From contig CBDCGC010000003.1 of the NCBI GenBank assembly GCA_965216585.1, positions 2,337,219 through 2,401,218 on the forward strand: DNA of 64,000 bases, in the 5' to 3' direction. The position numbers were made by a program, and so were the translations under genes. Every line of letters begins with the position of its first letter. The first letter of the stretch is position 1. The notes below the pieces were generated by a model, which was not told where the DNA came from, ran no database searches, and saw only the letters and a list, made by a program, of their open reading frames with translations. Below are positions 62,014 through 64,000 of the stretch, in pieces. This stretch comes from an uncultured Candidatus Binatia bacterium (lineage in GTDB: Bacteria; Desulfobacterota; Binatia; HRBIN30; CADEER01).

Positions 62014-62844
62014 ATGGCAAACGCAGTGGCAAAGGTCTCAACCCTGCGCGAGATGCTCGAGAAGAGTAAGGCGCAGATCCAACAAGCACTCCCCCGCCAC
62101 ATGGACGCCGACAAGATGGCGCGCGTGGCGATGACCAGCATCCAGAACACACCGGCACTGCTCGAGTGCGATCCCAAGACGGTGCTCGGCGCGGTGATGG
62201 AAGCAGCGCAACTCGGACTCGAGCCCGACGGCGTACTCGGGCATGCATACCTCGTGCCGTACAAGCGCAAGTGCACTCTGATCGTCGGCTACAAGGGGAT
62301 GATCGCGCTCGCGTACCGCAGCGGGCAGGTGCTCTCGCTCAAGGGCAACGTGGTCTACGAGACCGACGAATTCGAGGTCGCCTTCGGCATCGACGAGAAG
62401 TTGAAACACGTACCGGATTACGAGTCGAAGAAGCGAGGCAATCGAGTCTGCACCTACGCAATCGCGCACATGAAAGACGGAGGGCACGCCTTCGTAGTGC
62501 TCTCGATGCACGAGGTCGAGGCGCACCGGAAGAAATCAGCGTCGGCCAACTCGCCGGCATGGAAGGATCACTACGACGCGATGGCGATCAAGACCGCGGT
62601 GCGCGTCTTGGCGCGGTGGATTCCGCAGTGTCCCGAGCTCCAGCAGGCGGGCGCGAGAGAGGATTCCATGGAGGGCGGTGCGGATCCCGATGGGTTGGTG
62701 ATCGACATCACCGAGGATCAGGACGACAACCGCACCGACCAGGTGGCGCGCAAGATCAAGGGGGATGCGGACAAGCCCAAGGCCGAGGATAAGCCCAAGG
62801 CTGACAAAGCCCCTGACCCCGACGACGACGGTGAGGCGGTCTGA
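62014..62844 (+). CDS. recT: RecT-family single-strand annealing recombinase
   Basis: AAAGGAG Shine-Dalgarno; ...SIQNTPALLECDPKTVLGAVMEAAQLGLEPDGVLGHAYLVPYKRKCTLIVGYKGMIALAYRSGQV... RecT signature; acidic C-terminal tail. Confidence 0.8.
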   Translation: MANAVAKVSTLREMLEKSKAQIQQALPRHMDADKMARVAMTSIQNTPALLECDPKTVLGAVMEAAQLGLEPDGVLGHAYLVPYKRKCTLIVGYKGMIALAYRSGQVLSLKGNVVYETDEFEVAFGIDEKLKHVPDYESKKRGNRVCTYAIAHMKDGGHAFVVLSMHEVEAHRKKSASANSPAWKDHYDAMAIKTAVRVLARWIPQCPELQQAGAREDSMEGGADPDGLVIDITEDQDDNRTDQVARKIKGDADKPKAEDKPKADKAPDPDDDGEAV

Positions 62845-64000
62845 TGCGGATCAGGACCGAGGGGCTAGGGGAGTACGACCACGACGTCAGGCTCGGCAAG
62901 CTGGCGCTGGTGGTCGGTGCTAACGGTAGCGGCAAGACCAAGCTGGCTGAGGCGGTGCGCCTGGTCGCACTCGGCTACTCCCCAGCGTTCGGCAAGCGGC
63001 CGGCTGACACCGCCGACCTGATGCACGGATCGAAGATGTCGGTGTTGGTCGAGCCGTTCGACGACGGCCGCACCGCAGAGTTTCGGCTCAAGTCCCACGG
63101 CAAGGGCTACCGGACCGAGCGGCGCGCAAGCTGGCTCGAGGAAAAGGCCACGTCGCCCGAGCACGCAGCGGCGGCGATGGCGCTTTTCGGGCGCGAGGAG
63201 TCCGAGATCGCCGAGCTGATGCACATCGAGTCGCTCACGCACGCCACGCCGAACCAGCGCGACGCCCGCATACAAGAGCTGATCGAGTCCGCGGTCGACC
63301 CAGAGCGCACGGTGCGCGCCTTCGGGCGCTACGCACTGGCGCGCCTGGCCGGGCGCGAGGACGACATCCCCGCCAACTACAAAGCGCTGCGCTCATCAAT
63401 CCCCGGTTACAGCGAGGACGGCGATCACGAGGGGCAGTACGCCCTCCTGCGCGAGGTGGCGGCGCGCGTAAAGCAGGCGCTACGCCAGGGCATTGCCGAC
63501 GCGATCAACCTCTGCAACGTCGAGAAGCGCAAGGCGGCGGGCGACATGCGCGAGCTGAAGGCGGCGCGCCGCGAATTCGAGGCGCGCATGAAAGAGCTGG
63601 GCGAGGTCTCAGACGACGAGATCGCCAAGCTGACCAAGCGCTCGCAGGAGCTCCAGCGGCGTATCGGCGGCGTCGAGGAGCGACTACTCGACGTGCGGCG
63701 CGCCGCGAAGCGTATTCGCGAGGCCGAAGCGCTCGTCGCGCGCAAGGAGGATGCGTTGGCCGAGGCCGAGCGGGAGCGGGGATTCTTCGAAGAGGACGAC
63801 GACCGAGAGACTCAGCTTGACCGCATCGACCTTTGTGACTCTGAGATTGCAAAGATCAAAGAGGGCGCCGAACCGGCAACACCCGATGTCGCCGAGCTGG
63901 AGACTGACCTTGCCGCCCTCGACGAAGAGATTTCGTCGACGAAAGTCCCAGACGTTCCGGAGCCCAGCGTGGCGCTCGAGCTGGAGCTACGCGAAGCGCG
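62844..64000 (+). CDS. AAA/SMC-like ATPase with long coiled-coil (phage recombination/repair associated), partial: continues beyond window
   Basis: Walker A GANGSGKT near the N-terminus; extended coiled-coil (KELGEVSDDEIAKLTKRSQELQRRIGGVEERLLD...); TGATG overlap with recT. Confidence 0.55.
   Translation, partial: MRIRTEGLGEYDHDVRLGKLALVVGANGSGKTKLAEAVRLVALGYSPAFGKRPADTADLMHGSKMSVLVEPFDDGRTAEFRLKSHGKGYRTERRASWLEEKATSPEHAAAAMALFGREESEIAELMHIESLTHATPNQRDARIQELIESAVDPERTVRAFGRYALARLAGREDDIPANYKALRSSIPGYSEDGDHEGQYALLREVAARVKQALRQGIADAINLCNVEKRKAAGDMRELKAARREFEARMKELGEVSDDEIAKLTKRSQELQRRIGGVEERLLDVRRAAKRIREAEALVARKEDALAEAERERGFFEEDDDRETQLDRIDLCDSEIAKIKEGAEPATPDVAELETDLAALDEEISSTKVPDVPEPSVALELELREA

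Larger units (their letters stand above)
57024..64000. mobile_element. prophage-like / integrative-element early region (repressor, divergent early operon with SNF2 helicase, YqaJ-RecT recombination module, AAA ATPase); right end beyond window, no integrase or att site seen
   Basis: Gene content, uniform orientation, serial ATGA/TGATG translational coupling and small unknown ORFs typical of a phage early operon. Confidence 0.55.

Overview
High-GC (roughly 65-70%) chromosomal segment from an LPS-producing Gram-negative bacterium; the gene content suggests a Myxococcota/Deltaproteobacteria-like or related environmental lineage (a Kdo/lipid-A operon, complex I, dockerin-like secreted proteins, multihaem cytochromes, F420-linked enzymes and several P450s). 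Six-frame ORFs are heavily redundant because of GC content, so calls are based on recognisable protein families and operon structure.

Gene order along the window:
- 5' end truncated HD-domain phosphohydrolase, a GST, two tandem cytochrome P450s, an LLM-type flavin/F420 oxidoreductase and a P-loop kinase.
- A secreted RG-rich/LamG-like protein transcribed divergently from a luxE-luxC (acyl-protein synthetase / acyl-CoA reductase) operon that continues into a class-III aminotransferase and a Zn alcohol dehydrogenase.
- A convergent LPS operon: kdsB-pyrG-kdsA-kdsD, then an LpxL-like acyltransferase, a ferritin-like di-iron protein and a second LpxL-like acyltransferase.
- Two secreted proteins with dockerin-like Ca-binding repeats: a Cys-rich 34-aa tandem-repeat protein and an M28 peptidase.
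- proS-pyrF.
- A compact nuo operon containing only nuoA, C, D, E, H, J, K and N (B, F, G, I, L and M absent).
- An amgK/murU-like pair and a patatin-like phospholipase.
- A run of secreted proteins: CocE/NonD hydrolase, beta-helix protein, PD40/TPR protein with a CxxCH motif, and a c3-like multihaem cytochrome with a dockerin-like Asp-rich segment.
- A gene-decay zone: a DUF1287 gene with an in-frame amber stop, and an accC N-terminal remnant.
- An alpha/beta hydrolase and a histone-H1-like basic protein with a 60-nt tandem repeat beside an AT-rich island.
- eno, ftsB and gcvH; a MopB molybdoenzyme; a FemAB-like GNAT protein; a third P450; a DUF385 F420-type reductase; a YdiJ-like 1004-aa FAD/Fe-S oxidase.
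- From about 57 kb to the window end, a prophage-like early region: XRE repressor with repeated operator-like motifs, SNF2 helicase, YqaJ exonuclease, RecT and an AAA ATPase.

No rRNA, tRNA or CRISPR array was recognised. The most interesting candidates are the luxE/luxC-aminotransferase-ADH cassette abutting the Kdo/lipid-A late-acyltransferase operon (which carries an embedded di-iron protein), the unusual nuo subunit complement, and the dockerin-like / Cys-repeat secreted proteins.
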